A stretch of DNA of 64,000 nt from Longimicrobiales bacterium (GTDB lineage: Bacteria; Gemmatimonadota; Gemmatimonadetes; Longimicrobiales; Gaopeijiaceae). The stretch lies in the NCBI GenBank assembly GCA_965116905.1, contig OZ220732.1, positions 2,720,001-2,784,000 on the forward strand, in the 5' to 3' direction. Shown here one piece after another: positions 7,322-17,526 of this stretch (its first letter is position 1; the number at the start of each line of letters is the position of its first letter). The position numbers were made by a program, and so were the translations under genes. The notes below the pieces were generated by a model. The model was not told the origin of the DNA, ran no database searches, and worked only from the letters and a program-made list of their open reading frames with translations.

Positions 7322-10225
7322 TCATCCGGACTTCAATTCAACACGATCCTGAAAGATACCGAAAACCCGCTCGCGCGCACTACCATACCCCTCTTCGAGG
7401 GTCTCGGGGCTGTCGTACTGGAGTGCGACCGCCAGTTTTTCGCGTAGCACGCCCGGTGCTTCATGAATCGTGATGCCTCCTTCGGAAGCCAGTCTCAACA
7501 TGTCTCCGATGGCGCGCTGCATGCGCGTGGCGTCGGCCAGTACCCGCGCCTCTTCGGTGCTGATCGCGTCGGCGGCAGCCAGGGTTTCGAAACAGTCGAG
7601 GGTCTCTCCAGAGGTGGTTCGGGGAATCTCGTGAGCATACCGCACGACAAGATACTGGGCAAGCAACCGCAGGTCCAGCAATCCCCCCGGCCCGTGAAGG
7701 AGGCCGAACGGATCGCGCTGAGGATCCGCCGAGCGGCGCTCGCGCATCTCGGCGACGTCTTCGGCGAGCTGTCCGGGATCGACCGGGCGGGAGAAGGCTT
7801 CACGAATACTCCGTTCGATGGCCTGCCGGAGCGGTTCGTCTCCACAGATCACCCGTGACCTGACGAGCGCCATCAGGTCGCGCCCCATCCGCGTCCTCCC
7901 GGTGCCGGAGAGCCGCGTCCGGAGCTCGGCGAGCGTGATCATCCGGGACGGACCGACGACGCTCCGGCGGCTCCGCTCCCGGATACGGTACAGCGAGCCA
8001 TGCTCGGCGTGGCGTTCCAGGGTGGAGAAGAGGCGGCCGGCGATTCTGTCGTAGTAGCGCGCGCCGTCCACATGATCGCGGGTGTCCGCGGAATCTCCGG
8101 CGGACGGAAAGTCCACGACCAGGACGAGATCGAGTGCCGAATCCCGTGTGAGTTCCCGGGCGCCCAGGTCACCCAGGGCCAGGACCGCGCAACGTCCTCC
8201 GGCGACCGTGCCGAGGCGTTGTCCGGTCTCCGCAATCGCCATCTGCAGGACCGTACTCGCGGCGATGTCCGCCAGATCGGAGCGGCACCTCAGGGCGTCC
8301 TCCGCGGTGACCAGATTCTGGAGCGTCTGAACGCCTGCCTGGAACCGGTGTTCACGCGTCCACGTCTCCAATACGCCCACGCGCTCGCGAAAGTCGTCCA
8401 AGCCATCCAGCCTCTCGGCAAGTGCCCTGTCCAGCGCCTCCCTGCCGGGCAGCGGGAGAAAGAAGGCGGGATCCAGAACGGCTTCAAGGATGCGAGGGTT
8501 GCGGCGCAGCGAATCCGCCAGCCGCGGTGCGCTTCCCATGACCACGGCGACCAGATTGAGCAGCCACGTGTTCGCCCTGACCATTGCGAAAAACGACATG
8601 TCGGCGGGCAGGGCGTGAAAGAACCGGTCGATCCGCGCCAGCGTGCGGTCGGGTTCGGGAGTGCGTCCCAGGGCGGCAATCAGCTCCGGAAGGACCGCTC
8701 GAACCGTGGCGCGCGCGCGGGTCGACGAGGTGGATGCGTGCCCTCCCTCGGCCCAGCTTCTGAAGATTTCCACGGCTTCCTGCGGCTTCCGGAATCCCTC
8801 TTCCCTCAACACAGGCTCCGGGCCGGAATCTCCGGCGGCCCCGTCGAGGACGAGTTCCGCGAGGCCTCGCTTCTTTTCGGGTGCCGTGAAGCGGGTTCGG
8901 AACAGCTGATGGACGCGCTCCATCGCTCGCTCGGCAATGACGGTCAGTTCGTCCGCCGATTCGATTCCGGCCAGGCAGGCCACGTTTTCGAGACCGCTTC
9001 TGGACGCGGGCAGCGCGCGGGTTGGCTGGTCGTTCACCATCTGAACGCGGTGCTCGAGGCGCCGCAGCGTCAGGTACGCGTCGCGCAGGTCGGCCGCTTC
9101 GCGGGGGAGGACGAGGTGCTCCCGTTCGATCGTGTCGAGCATGGACAGCACACCGGACCCCCTGAGGTGGCTGCTCCTCCCGCCGTAGGCCAACTGGTGC
9201 ATCAGGACGAAGAACTCGATCTCGCGGATGCCCCCGGGGCTAAGCGCCAGATCGAGTCCGCTGGCCCGGGGCGGACCGCGGCGCCGGAACCGGTGAATCT
9301 GCCGGCTTATCGAGTGAATGTCCTCGACGGAGTCGAAATCGAGTCCCTGTTCCCAGATGAAAGGACGGAGTTCACCCAGGAAACCGCTTCCCGCGGTGAC
9401 GTCGCCGGCCACCGGGCGCGCGTTGATCAGCGTCCCGCGCTCCCAAGTGCGCCCGGACCGCTGATAGTACTCGAGGGCGAATCGCCGACTGACCGCGAGC
9501 GGCGACGCCGGGGCGTCCGGCCGCAGGCGAAGGTCGGTCCTGAAGACGTATCCGTCCCGGGTCCGGGCCTGGAGGATGCGCGCCATGTCGCGGGTGACGC
9601 GGGCGAAGCAGTCCTCGGGAGACTTCGTTCCCGTGTATTCCACGACGTCCGGGTCGTACAGGGCGATCAGGGCAAGGTCCGGCGTGTAGCCCAGCTCCCT
9701 GGCACCGTGGCGGCCGGCCGCCAGCAGGAAGTATCCCCATCGGAATCTGCCCGGGGCTCCGTCCGGTTGTGCGAGTTCCCCACGCCGGACGCGATCGAGA
9801 AGCAGATGCTCCGTGGCGAGGTGCACGGCCCGGTCGGCCGTCTCGGACAGCGTCGCGGCGCACTGCGTGACGTCCCAGATCCCGTAGCAGTCACAGGCGG
9901 CGACGAGGGTCGCGATGCGGCTTCTCTGTCGCCTCAGCAGCCGCATCAACCGGTCGCGATTCATCGTCGGGTCGGCGGCGGCGAGCTCGCCCAGGACTTC
10001 GGCCGCGAGCGCCTGGGCGCCCTGCTCGGTGAGTGACTCGGCGAACTCCGTGTCCCGGTGCAACACGCGCGTCAGGTAGGGACTGTTGCCGAAGAGCAGG
10101 GAAAAGAAGGACCGGCCTGTTTCCTCTTCAAGGACCTCCAGCAATCGGTTCCGGTTGTCCCGGATGGCCAGGTCCCGCAATGCGGCGAGGCCGGAGGCGG
10201 CGGCTTTCGGCCGGTACTCCCGCAT
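7322..10225 (-). CDS. glnE: GlnE-like glutamine synthetase adenylyltransferase homologue with degenerate active sites
   Basis: GYVFRTDLRLRPD, GRTWER, GGIREIEFF, LRRLEHRVQM and two-NTase architecture; both DxD motifs altered. Confidence 0.85.
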   Translation of the reverse strand: MREYRPKAAASGLAALRDLAIRDNRNRLLEVLEEETGRSFFSLLFGNSPYLTRVLHRDTEFAESLTEQGAQALAAEVLGELAAADPTMNRDRLMRLLRRQRSRIATLVAACDCYGIWDVTQCAATLSETADRAVHLATEHLLLDRVRRGELAQPDGAPGRFRWGYFLLAAGRHGARELGYTPDLALIALYDPDVVEYTGTKSPEDCFARVTRDMARILQARTRDGYVFRTDLRLRPDAPASPLAVSRRFALEYYQRSGRTWERGTLINARPVAGDVTAGSGFLGELRPFIWEQGLDFDSVEDIHSISRQIHRFRRRGPPRASGLDLALSPGGIREIEFFVLMHQLAYGGRSSHLRGSGVLSMLDTIEREHLVLPREAADLRDAYLTLRRLEHRVQMVNDQPTRALPASRSGLENVACLAGIESADELTVIAERAMERVHQLFRTRFTAPEKKRGLAELVLDGAAGDSGPEPVLREEGFRKPQEAVEIFRSWAEGGHASTSSTRARATVRAVLPELIAALGRTPEPDRTLARIDRFFHALPADMSFFAMVRANTWLLNLVAVVMGSAPRLADSLRRNPRILEAVLDPAFFLPLPGREALDRALAERLDGLDDFRERVGVLETWTREHRFQAGVQTLQNLVTAEDALRCRSDLADIAASTVLQMAIAETGQRLGTVAGGRCAVLALGDLGARELTRDSALDLVLVVDFPSAGDSADTRDHVDGARYYDRIAGRLFSTLERHAEHGSLYRIRERSRRSVVGPSRMITLAELRTRLSGTGRTRMGRDLMALVRSRVICGDEPLRQAIERSIREAFSRPVDPGQLAEDVAEMRERRSADPQRDPFGLLHGPGGLLDLRLLAQYLVVRYAHEIPRTTSGETLDCFETLAAADAISTEEARVLADATRMQRAIGDMLRLASEGGITIHEAPGVLREKLAVALQYDSPETLEEGYGSARERVFGIFQDRVELKSG

Positions 10226-10553
10226 CGCCGCGAACTCGGCGGTTCGGGCTGCTTCGGCAACGATGGTGACGTCTTGCGGGTCCAGGATGGCCCTCCGAGC
10301 GTGTCGAGCGTGTGCGGAAAGCTTGACGGGGCGTGATGGGCCGGGAACAATACTGCCCTGCGGAAAACCCCCGGCCGAAACGTTCAGCCCAATCTACCTG
10401 CCCTGCCGTATGGGGTCCATCCGCACGGCGGACGCGGTAGGCAGACCGGTTCGCAGGGGTTAGACTATCGGAAAGGTTATTGCGACCGTGCGGGACGGCT
10501 CGCGCATACACTATGGACCGGCTGCTCCCGCCAGCCCACCCGGACCCGAGCCG

Positions 10554-11711
10554 ATGGCAAAGATCCTGGTCGTTGATGACGAGCCCGATCTGGAATTGCT
10601 GCTCCGTCAGAAATTTCGCCGCAAGGTGCGCAGCGGTGAGCTGACTCTGGTATTCGCCCAGAACGGCGTCGAAGCGCTCGAAAAGCTGGAGGCCCACCGG
10701 GATGTCGACATGGTCCTGTCCGACATCAACATGCCCCAGATGGACGGGCTCACGCTCCTGCATCAACTCAACCAGTTGAACTACGACCTCCGGGCGGTCA
10801 TCGTAACCGCTTACGGAGACATGAAGAACATCCGGACCGCGATGAACCGCGGGGCGTTCGACTTCGTCACGAAGCCCCTCGATTTCAAGGATCTGGAGAC
10901 GACGATCTCCAAGACGCTCGCGCACCTCGAGGTCATGCGGGACGCGTTGCGGTCCAGGGACGAACTGGTCGCTCTGCGGCAGGAACTGGGTGTGGCGGCC
11001 CGGATGCAGGAGTCGATTCTGCCGACCCGATTCCCCGAAGACCCCCGCTACGAGATCCATGCCTGGATGACGCCGGCCAAGGAGGTCGGGGGAGATTTCT
11101 ACGACTTCTTCAAGCTGGAGGACGGGCGCATCGGGATGGTCATGGCCGACGTATCGGGCAAGGGAGTGCCCGCAGCCCTTTTCATGATGGTTAGCCGCAC
11201 CCTGATGAAGGGGACGGCCATCGGCGAGAATGATCCGGCCAAGTGCCTTGCCGAAGTGAACCAGCTATTGGTGGAGTCGAACGAAGAGTCCATGTTCGTC
11301 ACCGTCTTCTACGCCAGCTTCGATCCCGTGACGGGCCGTCTCGACTTTGCCAACGCGGGCCACAATCTTCCGTACATCATGAAGGCCGGCGGGGAAGTCC
11401 AGCCGATCGACTGTGATTCGGGGCTGGTGCTTGCCGTGATGCCCGGCTTCGAGTTTCCCGGCGGATCCGTTCAGCTGGAGCCGGGTGATGCGGTCTTCTT
11501 CTACACGGACGGAATCACCGAGGCGATGGACAAGGACGGTGTGGAGTTCGGTGACGACGAACTCGCCAGGGTGCTGCACACGGTCACGGGACGGGACGCG
11601 GTGACGATCAATCGGGAGACCGTTCAAGCGGTTCAGGAACATGCGGGAGGCGCCGCCCAATCCGATGACATCACATGCCTGACTCTCCGTTACCTGAAGG
11701 ATCCGCAATAG
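10554..11711 (+). CDS. Response-regulator receiver + PP2C/SpoIIE phosphatase (RsbU-like)
   Basis: KILVVDDE, SDINMP, TAYG, KP; VGGDFYD, ADVSGKG, YTDGITEA, SDDIT. Confidence 0.93.
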   Translation: MAKILVVDDEPDLELLLRQKFRRKVRSGELTLVFAQNGVEALEKLEAHRDVDMVLSDINMPQMDGLTLLHQLNQLNYDLRAVIVTAYGDMKNIRTAMNRGAFDFVTKPLDFKDLETTISKTLAHLEVMRDALRSRDELVALRQELGVAARMQESILPTRFPEDPRYEIHAWMTPAKEVGGDFYDFFKLEDGRIGMVMADVSGKGVPAALFMMVSRTLMKGTAIGENDPAKCLAEVNQLLVESNEESMFVTVFYASFDPVTGRLDFANAGHNLPYIMKAGGEVQPIDCDSGLVLAVMPGFEFPGGSVQLEPGDAVFFYTDGITEAMDKDGVEFGDDELARVLHTVTGRDAVTINRETVQAVQEHAGGAAQSDDITCLTLRYLKDPQ

Positions 11712-12931
11712 CCCCCAGGGGCGGTCCACCGGCCCCGGCCCCGGTCCCACCCCCGGTCCGGGCACTGGCGCGGGCGTGCGCACTGTTGCTGTGCGTGGTG
11801 GCGGGGGCTTCCGCGCAGCAGCCCGGCACCGGTGGCGACGGAGTCTTCGCCGATTCGATCGTGTTCGGCCAATCCGCTGCGCTGCGGGGTCCCGCGGGAG
11901 AACTCGGCAGGAACATGAATCTGGGGGTTCGTGTCGCGTTCGAGGAGGCGAATCGCGAGGGCGGCGTGCACGGGCGGTTGCTGAAGCTCATGCTCCGGGA
12001 CGACCGCTATGAGCCCGAGGCGGCCATCGCGAACACCAGGGAGCTCATCGCTCACGGGGTCTTCGCGCTGATCGGCGCGGTGGGCACGCCGACGTCCAGC
12101 CGGGCCGCGCCCATCGCCGAAGAGGCCAGGGTGCCGTATATCGGCGCCTTTACGGGTGCGGAACTGCTCAGGGGTGCGGACCAGCGCTACGTGGTCAACG
12201 TGCGCGCGTCGTACTACCAGGAAACGGATCAGATGGTCGAGCGTCTCACCCGGGACCTCGGATTCGAGCGGATTGCCATTCTCTACCAGGACGACAGCTA
12301 CGGCCTGGCCGGCTACACCGGTGTCCGCCAGGCCCTGAACAAGCGTCAGATGGCCCTCGTGGGTGAGGGCACCTACGTCCGCAACACGATGGCGGTCAAG
12401 CGCGCGCTCCTGGACATCCGCGAGGACAACCCGCAGGCCGTCATCATCATCGGAGCCTACCGCCCGGCGGCGCAGTTCATCATGTGGGCCCGCAAGATCG
12501 GGATGCGCGCCGTCTTCGTGAACATCTCGTTTGTTGGCAGCAACGCGCTCCTCAACGAACTCGGGCGGTCCGGAGACGGCGTGGTGGTGACCCAGGTGGT
12601 CCCCTTCCCGCGCGACACGTCGATTCCGGTCGTGGCGCAGTATCAGGCCGCCCTCCGCGAACTCGATCCGTCGGCCGAACCGGGGTTCGTGTCACTCGAG
12701 GGCTACCTGGCAGGACGGCTCGTGGTGCAGGTCCTGCGCGAAATCGGCGAGTCCGGCGAGGGTCCTCCGACCCGCGAGGACTTTCTGAGACGGCTCGAAG
12801 AGGCCGGCGCGATCGATCTGGGCGGCTTCACCGTTCAATACGCTCCGGGAGACAATCAGGGGTCCGACGCGGTCTTCCTGACGGTGATCCGGGAGGGCAG
12901 GTTCGTCTCCGTGAACCGACTGGCGCGATGA
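11675..12931 (+). CDS. Periplasmic binding protein, LIV/ANF-receptor (type 1) family
   Basis: Signal peptide, FGQSAALRGP, DDRYEP, GAVGTPT, NVRASY, YQDDSYG, SLEGY; start uncertain. Confidence 0.88.
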   Translation: MPDSPLPEGSAIAPRGGPPAPAPVPPPVRALARACALLLCVVAGASAQQPGTGGDGVFADSIVFGQSAALRGPAGELGRNMNLGVRVAFEEANREGGVHGRLLKLMLRDDRYEPEAAIANTRELIAHGVFALIGAVGTPTSSRAAPIAEEARVPYIGAFTGAELLRGADQRYVVNVRASYYQETDQMVERLTRDLGFERIAILYQDDSYGLAGYTGVRQALNKRQMALVGEGTYVRNTMAVKRALLDIREDNPQAVIIIGAYRPAAQFIMWARKIGMRAVFVNISFVGSNALLNELGRSGDGVVVTQVVPFPRDTSIPVVAQYQAALRELDPSAEPGFVSLEGYLAGRLVVQVLREIGESGEGPPTREDFLRRLEEAGAIDLGGFTVQYAPGDNQGSDAVFLTVIREGRFVSVNRLAR

Positions 12932-15159
12932 GTTCCTCCGGGATGAAGACGCTCGACCATCGAGTGCATTCGGCATTCGAGTGGATTCTGGAGCGATTGC
13001 CCAGCCGCCTCGGCGACCGGGTTCGCGAGGCGAGCGGGGGCCGCTTCGGCATCGGCAGCCAGGTGGTTGTGGGGCTGGGAGGCGGGGTTGTGATGACCAT
13101 CGGCGCCATCGTGCTCGCGCTGATCCTGATGAGCGTCGTGAATTCCCAGCAGAGCCAGGTGACGCAGGCGCACATGCCCGCGCTCGTGGCGGCATTCGAG
13201 GTGGCGCAGCAGAGCACCGAGCTGGTGCGGGCGTCCCCCCGTCTTCTCGCGGCCACGAGTCCTGAAGTCCTCGACGATGTGATGGTCGAAGTTCGCCGGC
13301 AGGAGGATCAGATGCTCAGCCGGGTCACACAGATCGCCGCGGCTGAGGGGGGAGAGGGGAATCAGGGGGAGATGGAGGGCATGGTCGTGCCCGTCGTCGA
13401 CAGCCTCGTGGAGAGCATCAACCAGATCCACACGTCGGTGCTTCGCCGGTTGACGGCGCGTGAGCGGCTGGAGGAGCTCGAAACCCAGTTGGCCGACGCG
13501 GGGCAGGCGCTGCAACTCCTGCTCGAGGAGGAGATCGACGACCAGGAGTTCTTCATGTACACCGGTCTGCGAGAGCTCAACGAGACGCCGGCTCCGGTGG
13601 CGCGGCGCAGGACGGAGGCGGAACTGGACCACTACCGTGGCCTTCTGAACTTCAAGGCGTACCAGAACGAGGCCGGCGCGCTGATCGCCCAGGCCATGAC
13701 CGAGGACGATCCGGAGGTGCTGCTGGCAAACCGCGAAAGGGTCGAGACCGCGATCGGGGACGTCGAAGGCGCGCTCCCCAGAATCAGGCCCGGTGTGCGC
13801 GCCGAGTTGCAGGAACAGGTGGACGAGTTGAAGGACCTCTACCAGTCCTCCGACGGCGTCTTCGAGACTCGCGGCCTCGAGCTCGCGGAAGATGCGCGGG
13901 CGGCCCAGCTGGTAACGCGCAACCAGCAGACCACCGCCGAGCTCGTCAACCGAGTTCAGAATCTCGTGGGCGACGCCGAATCCTCGGCACGGGACGCTGC
14001 GAACCGGTCGGGCACGCTGGTTCAGCTGGGTGTCTGGTTCCTGCTGATCGTCACCTTCCTCACGATTGCCGCGGCGTTCGTCGCATGGAAATTCTTCGGC
14101 GAGCGGCTGCTCGTGCGCATGGGCGCGCTGTCGAGCGCCACCCGCCGGATGTCCAAGGGCGACCTGGAGGTGCAGGTGGAGATCGAGGGCAACGACGAAC
14201 TCACGGACATGGCGGGCGCCCTGGAGGTGTTCCGGCAGCACGCGGTCGAGGTGCAACGGCTCAACCTGGTCGAAAAGCTGGCCGACGAGGTTCAGGCCAA
14301 GAACGCGGAGCTTGAGGATACGCTCGCCAACCTGCGGCGCACCCAGCAGCAGGTGGTCAAGCAGGAAAAGCTCGCTTCGCTGGGGGCATTGACCGCGGGC
14401 ATCGCCCACGAGATCCGAAACCCGTTGAACTTCGTGAACAACTTCGCGGCGCTGTCCTCAGAACTCATCGAGGAGTTGCGGGAGGAGTTGAAGGTGGAAG
14501 ACAACGGGGGCGGGGAGCTGGACCGCGAGTTCATCTCCGAGATTCTCGACGACCTGGATACCAACGTCGTCAAGGTGAACGAACACGGCACCCGTGCCAA
14601 CAGGATCGTCGAGGGGATGCTGGCCCATTCCAGGGACGAGGCGGGTGAGCTGGAATCGGTCGAGATCAACGTCCTGGTTCAGGAGTACGCGAAGCTGGCG
14701 TACCACGGCATTCGCGGGACCGACTCCTCCTTCAATGTGGACATGGTGTACGAGTTCGATGCCAATGCGGGTGAGGTGGAGGCGATCGCCCGCGACCTCA
14801 GCCGGGTGTTCCTCAACATCGTCACGAACGCCTGCCACGCGACGCACGCGCGCAGGACCGGGGACGAAGAGGAGGACTACCACCCCGTCGTCACGGTCAG
14901 GACGGAGGGGCGGAAGAACGACGTATGCATCACGGTGCACGACAACGGCACCGGCATTCCGCAGCATGTGCTCGACAGGATCTTCGACCCGTTCTTCACG
15001 ACGAAGTCCGGGACCCAGGGCACCGGCCTGGGACTCTCGATATCCCATGAAATCGTCCAGGAGCACGGCGGCAAGATCGAGGTGGATACCGTGCCCGGGG
15101 ACTTCACGGAGTTCAGGATAACGCTGCCGCGGAGCTACGCTTCCGTGACTGCTTCCTGA
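12928..15159 (+). CDS. Sensor histidine kinase with TorS-like helical periplasmic domain, HAMP, HisKA and HATPase
   Basis: Two TM segments, HAMP (GDL..DELTDMAGAL), AGIAHEIRNPLN, NIVTNA, DNGTGI, FFTTK, GTGLGL; ATGA overlap with upstream gene. Confidence 0.9.
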   Translation: MSSSGMKTLDHRVHSAFEWILERLPSRLGDRVREASGGRFGIGSQVVVGLGGGVVMTIGAIVLALILMSVVNSQQSQVTQAHMPALVAAFEVAQQSTELVRASPRLLAATSPEVLDDVMVEVRRQEDQMLSRVTQIAAAEGGEGNQGEMEGMVVPVVDSLVESINQIHTSVLRRLTARERLEELETQLADAGQALQLLLEEEIDDQEFFMYTGLRELNETPAPVARRRTEAELDHYRGLLNFKAYQNEAGALIAQAMTEDDPEVLLANRERVETAIGDVEGALPRIRPGVRAELQEQVDELKDLYQSSDGVFETRGLELAEDARAAQLVTRNQQTTAELVNRVQNLVGDAESSARDAANRSGTLVQLGVWFLLIVTFLTIAAAFVAWKFFGERLLVRMGALSSATRRMSKGDLEVQVEIEGNDELTDMAGALEVFRQHAVEVQRLNLVEKLADEVQAKNAELEDTLANLRRTQQQVVKQEKLASLGALTAGIAHEIRNPLNFVNNFAALSSELIEELREELKVEDNGGGELDREFISEILDDLDTNVVKVNEHGTRANRIVEGMLAHSRDEAGELESVEINVLVQEYAKLAYHGIRGTDSSFNVDMVYEFDANAGEVEAIARDLSRVFLNIVTNACHATHARRTGDEEEDYHPVVTVRTEGRKNDVCITVHDNGTGIPQHVLDRIFDPFFTTKSGTQGTGLGLSISHEIVQEHGGKIEVDTVPGDFTEFRITLPRSYASVTAS

Positions 15160-15169
15160 CGGTCCGCAT

Positions 15170-16576
15170 TTGACCGCCGCCGCGCGGGCCAGTCTGTCCG
15201 CCTTTCGTCCCGGGAGGGGGGAGTTTCGCGATCTCGTCATGCTCGCGACGCCCGTTGCGGTCGTTCAGATGGGCCTTCTGTCCCAGGGGTTGGTGGACAC
15301 CGCGATGGTCGGCAGGGTAACGGCAGTCGAACTGGGCGCCGTGACCCTTGGCAACGTCTATTTCTTTACCGTGGCGGTGTTCGGCATGGGGCTTCTCTTC
15401 GCGCTGGATCCCCTCGTCGCACAGGCATTCGGGGCGGAGGACCACGACGAGATATCGGCATCCATACAGCGAGGACTCCTCCTGAGCGTCGGGCTCGCCG
15501 CGGTGACCTCGGCCATGCTCGCTCTCGCGGAACCGGTCTTCGTGCTTCTCAGGCAGCCGCCGGAGGTGATTCCCGTGGCGGCCGGGTACACGCATGCTCT
15601 GATTCCCGGCATGCTGCCCTTCTACGGGTTCATCGTCTTTCGCCAGACGCTGCAGGCGGTGGGCCGGGTGGCGCCGGTCGTCTGGACGATCGTCCTGGCG
15701 AATCTGCTCAACGCGGGCGCCAACTGGGTTCTGATCTACGGCAACCTCGGGGCGCCTGCCATGGGTGCGGTGGGCTCGGGGTGGGCCACCGCCATTTCGA
15801 GGTGGTTCATGTGGCTGTGCGCGCTCTGCCTCGGGTGGCGCCTGCTGGTGCCGTACTTGCGGCATGTGCGGCGCGACGTGTTTCAGTTGGGGCCGCTACG
15901 GCGGATCCTGCGGCTCGGTTCGCCCATCGGGCTCCAGCTGTTCATGGAGTTCGGCGCCTTCGGGGCGATTGGCATCGCCATGGGCTGGCTGGGGACGCAC
16001 GCGATCGCGGGCCACCAGATTGCGCTCAACCTCGCGGCCTTCGCGTTCATGATTCCCCTGGGGATATCCCAGGCCGCGGCCGTGCTCGTCGGCAGGGCGG
16101 TGGGCAACGAGAGGCCGGACAGGGCGCGGCGATCCGCTGGCGGTGCGGTCCTGCTGTGCTGCCTGGCCATGTCGGTGACCGCCGCGGTTTTCCTTGCCAT
16201 CCCGGGTTTTCTGGCCGAACAGTTCACCACGGATGCGACCGTGGCCGCCGTGGCCGCGGCTCTCATACCCGTCGCGGGCATGTTCCAGCTGTTTGACGGC
16301 CTGCAGGTCGTGTGTACCGGCGCCCTCCGTGGAGTCGCCGATACGCTGCGCCCGATGGTCTACAACGTGCTGGGGTTCTGGCTCTTCGGCATTCCGTTGA
16401 GCCTGTGGCTCGGGTTCGGACGCGACCAGGGGCCGGTGGGCCTGTGGTGGGGTCTTGCCGCCGGTCTCGGGGCGGTGGCCGTCCTGCTCCTATGGCGGCT
16501 GTGGATCCGGTTCCACGGACCGCTCGTCCGCTTCCGCGTTGCCCACGGGGCGTCTTCCCCGTCCGATCCAATCTAG
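15170..16576 (+). CDS. MATE family efflux transporter
   Basis: LVDTAMVGR, GNLGAPAMG, AGHQIA, FQLFDGLQ, GALRG; about 12 TM segments. Confidence 0.92.
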   Translation: MTAAARASLSAFRPGRGEFRDLVMLATPVAVVQMGLLSQGLVDTAMVGRVTAVELGAVTLGNVYFFTVAVFGMGLLFALDPLVAQAFGAEDHDEISASIQRGLLLSVGLAAVTSAMLALAEPVFVLLRQPPEVIPVAAGYTHALIPGMLPFYGFIVFRQTLQAVGRVAPVVWTIVLANLLNAGANWVLIYGNLGAPAMGAVGSGWATAISRWFMWLCALCLGWRLLVPYLRHVRRDVFQLGPLRRILRLGSPIGLQLFMEFGAFGAIGIAMGWLGTHAIAGHQIALNLAAFAFMIPLGISQAAAVLVGRAVGNERPDRARRSAGGAVLLCCLAMSVTAAVFLAIPGFLAEQFTTDATVAAVAAALIPVAGMFQLFDGLQVVCTGALRGVADTLRPMVYNVLGFWLFGIPLSLWLGFGRDQGPVGLWWGLAAGLGAVAVLLLWRLWIRFHGPLVRFRVAHGASSPSDPI

Positions 16577-17526
16577 AATTCGCCCACGAATCCGATCTCC
16601 GTTTCGAGTTCGTAGCCGGTCTCGCGGAGGACTGTCGAGCGGGCAAGTTCAATCAGGGTCAACACCTCGGTCGCTTTGGCGCCCCCGAGATTCACGATGA
16701 TGTTTGCGTGCTTGTGGAAGATCTCGGCCGCCCCGTGAACGTGGCCCTTGAGCCCGCACTCGTCGATAAGGCGGCCCGCTCCGATCCCGTCGATCTTCTT
16801 GAAAATGGATCCCACGCAGGGATACAGCCACAGGTCCGGGTGCCGCTCGTCCCGCCACGCGAGGTTCTCCCGCATCACGCGCCGCAGTTCGCTGGCGGGA
16901 GTCGGCTCAAGCTTGAGCGATACGTCAAGCACGAGGTCCCCGGTGTCGTGGATGATGCTGTAGTCGTATCCGAACCGGAAATACTCGGTTCCCACGGTGC
17001 GTATCTCGTTCCGGGGCGTGAAAATGGTCGCGCCCTCCATGACCTCGTCCCAGAAGACCGTGCGCTCGCGCTCCGGGGCGGGCGAGAGGAAATGCAGGTT
17101 CTGCCATACCGCGCCCCCGACCGTGCTGGGAATGCCCACGAAATGGTGTATCCCGCCCAGCCCCCTCGCGACGGTCGCGTTGATCAGGTCGGGGAAGGTA
17201 TCGAGCCCGGCGCCGGCGGTGACCCTGCCATCGGTGTCGAACTCCACGGTCGAGATGTCGCACCTGACGACCAGCCCGCGAAATCCGTGGTCACCCACCA
17301 GGATGTTTGCGCCACGCCCCAGAACGAAACATGGGACCCCCATTTCGCGCGCCGTTGAAACCGCGAGGCACAGTTCGTCGGCCGAACGGGCCCGGTAGAA
17401 GAGGTCCGCGGGGCCCCCGATTCCGAACGTGGTGAGGGGCCCCAGGGGCACGTTGCGTCGAACCCGATCGGGGTCGACAGCGAGCCTGAGCCGGTCGAGA
17501 GTCGGCGAATCCGTGAGCAGTGCCAA
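16573..17526 (-). CDS. murB: UDP-N-acetylmuramate dehydrogenase
   Basis: TTFGIGGPAD, LGRGANIL, GIPSTVGGA, GSIFKK, KHANII, LETEI. Confidence 0.92.
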   Translation of the reverse strand: MALLTDSPTLDRLRLAVDPDRVRRNVPLGPLTTFGIGGPADLFYRARSADELCLAVSTAREMGVPCFVLGRGANILVGDHGFRGLVVRCDISTVEFDTDGRVTAGAGLDTFPDLINATVARGLGGIHHFVGIPSTVGGAVWQNLHFLSPAPERERTVFWDEVMEGATIFTPRNEIRTVGTEYFRFGYDYSIIHDTGDLVLDVSLKLEPTPASELRRVMRENLAWRDERHPDLWLYPCVGSIFKKIDGIGAGRLIDECGLKGHVHGAAEIFHKHANIIVNLGGAKATEVLTLIELARSTVLRETGYELETEIGFVGEF

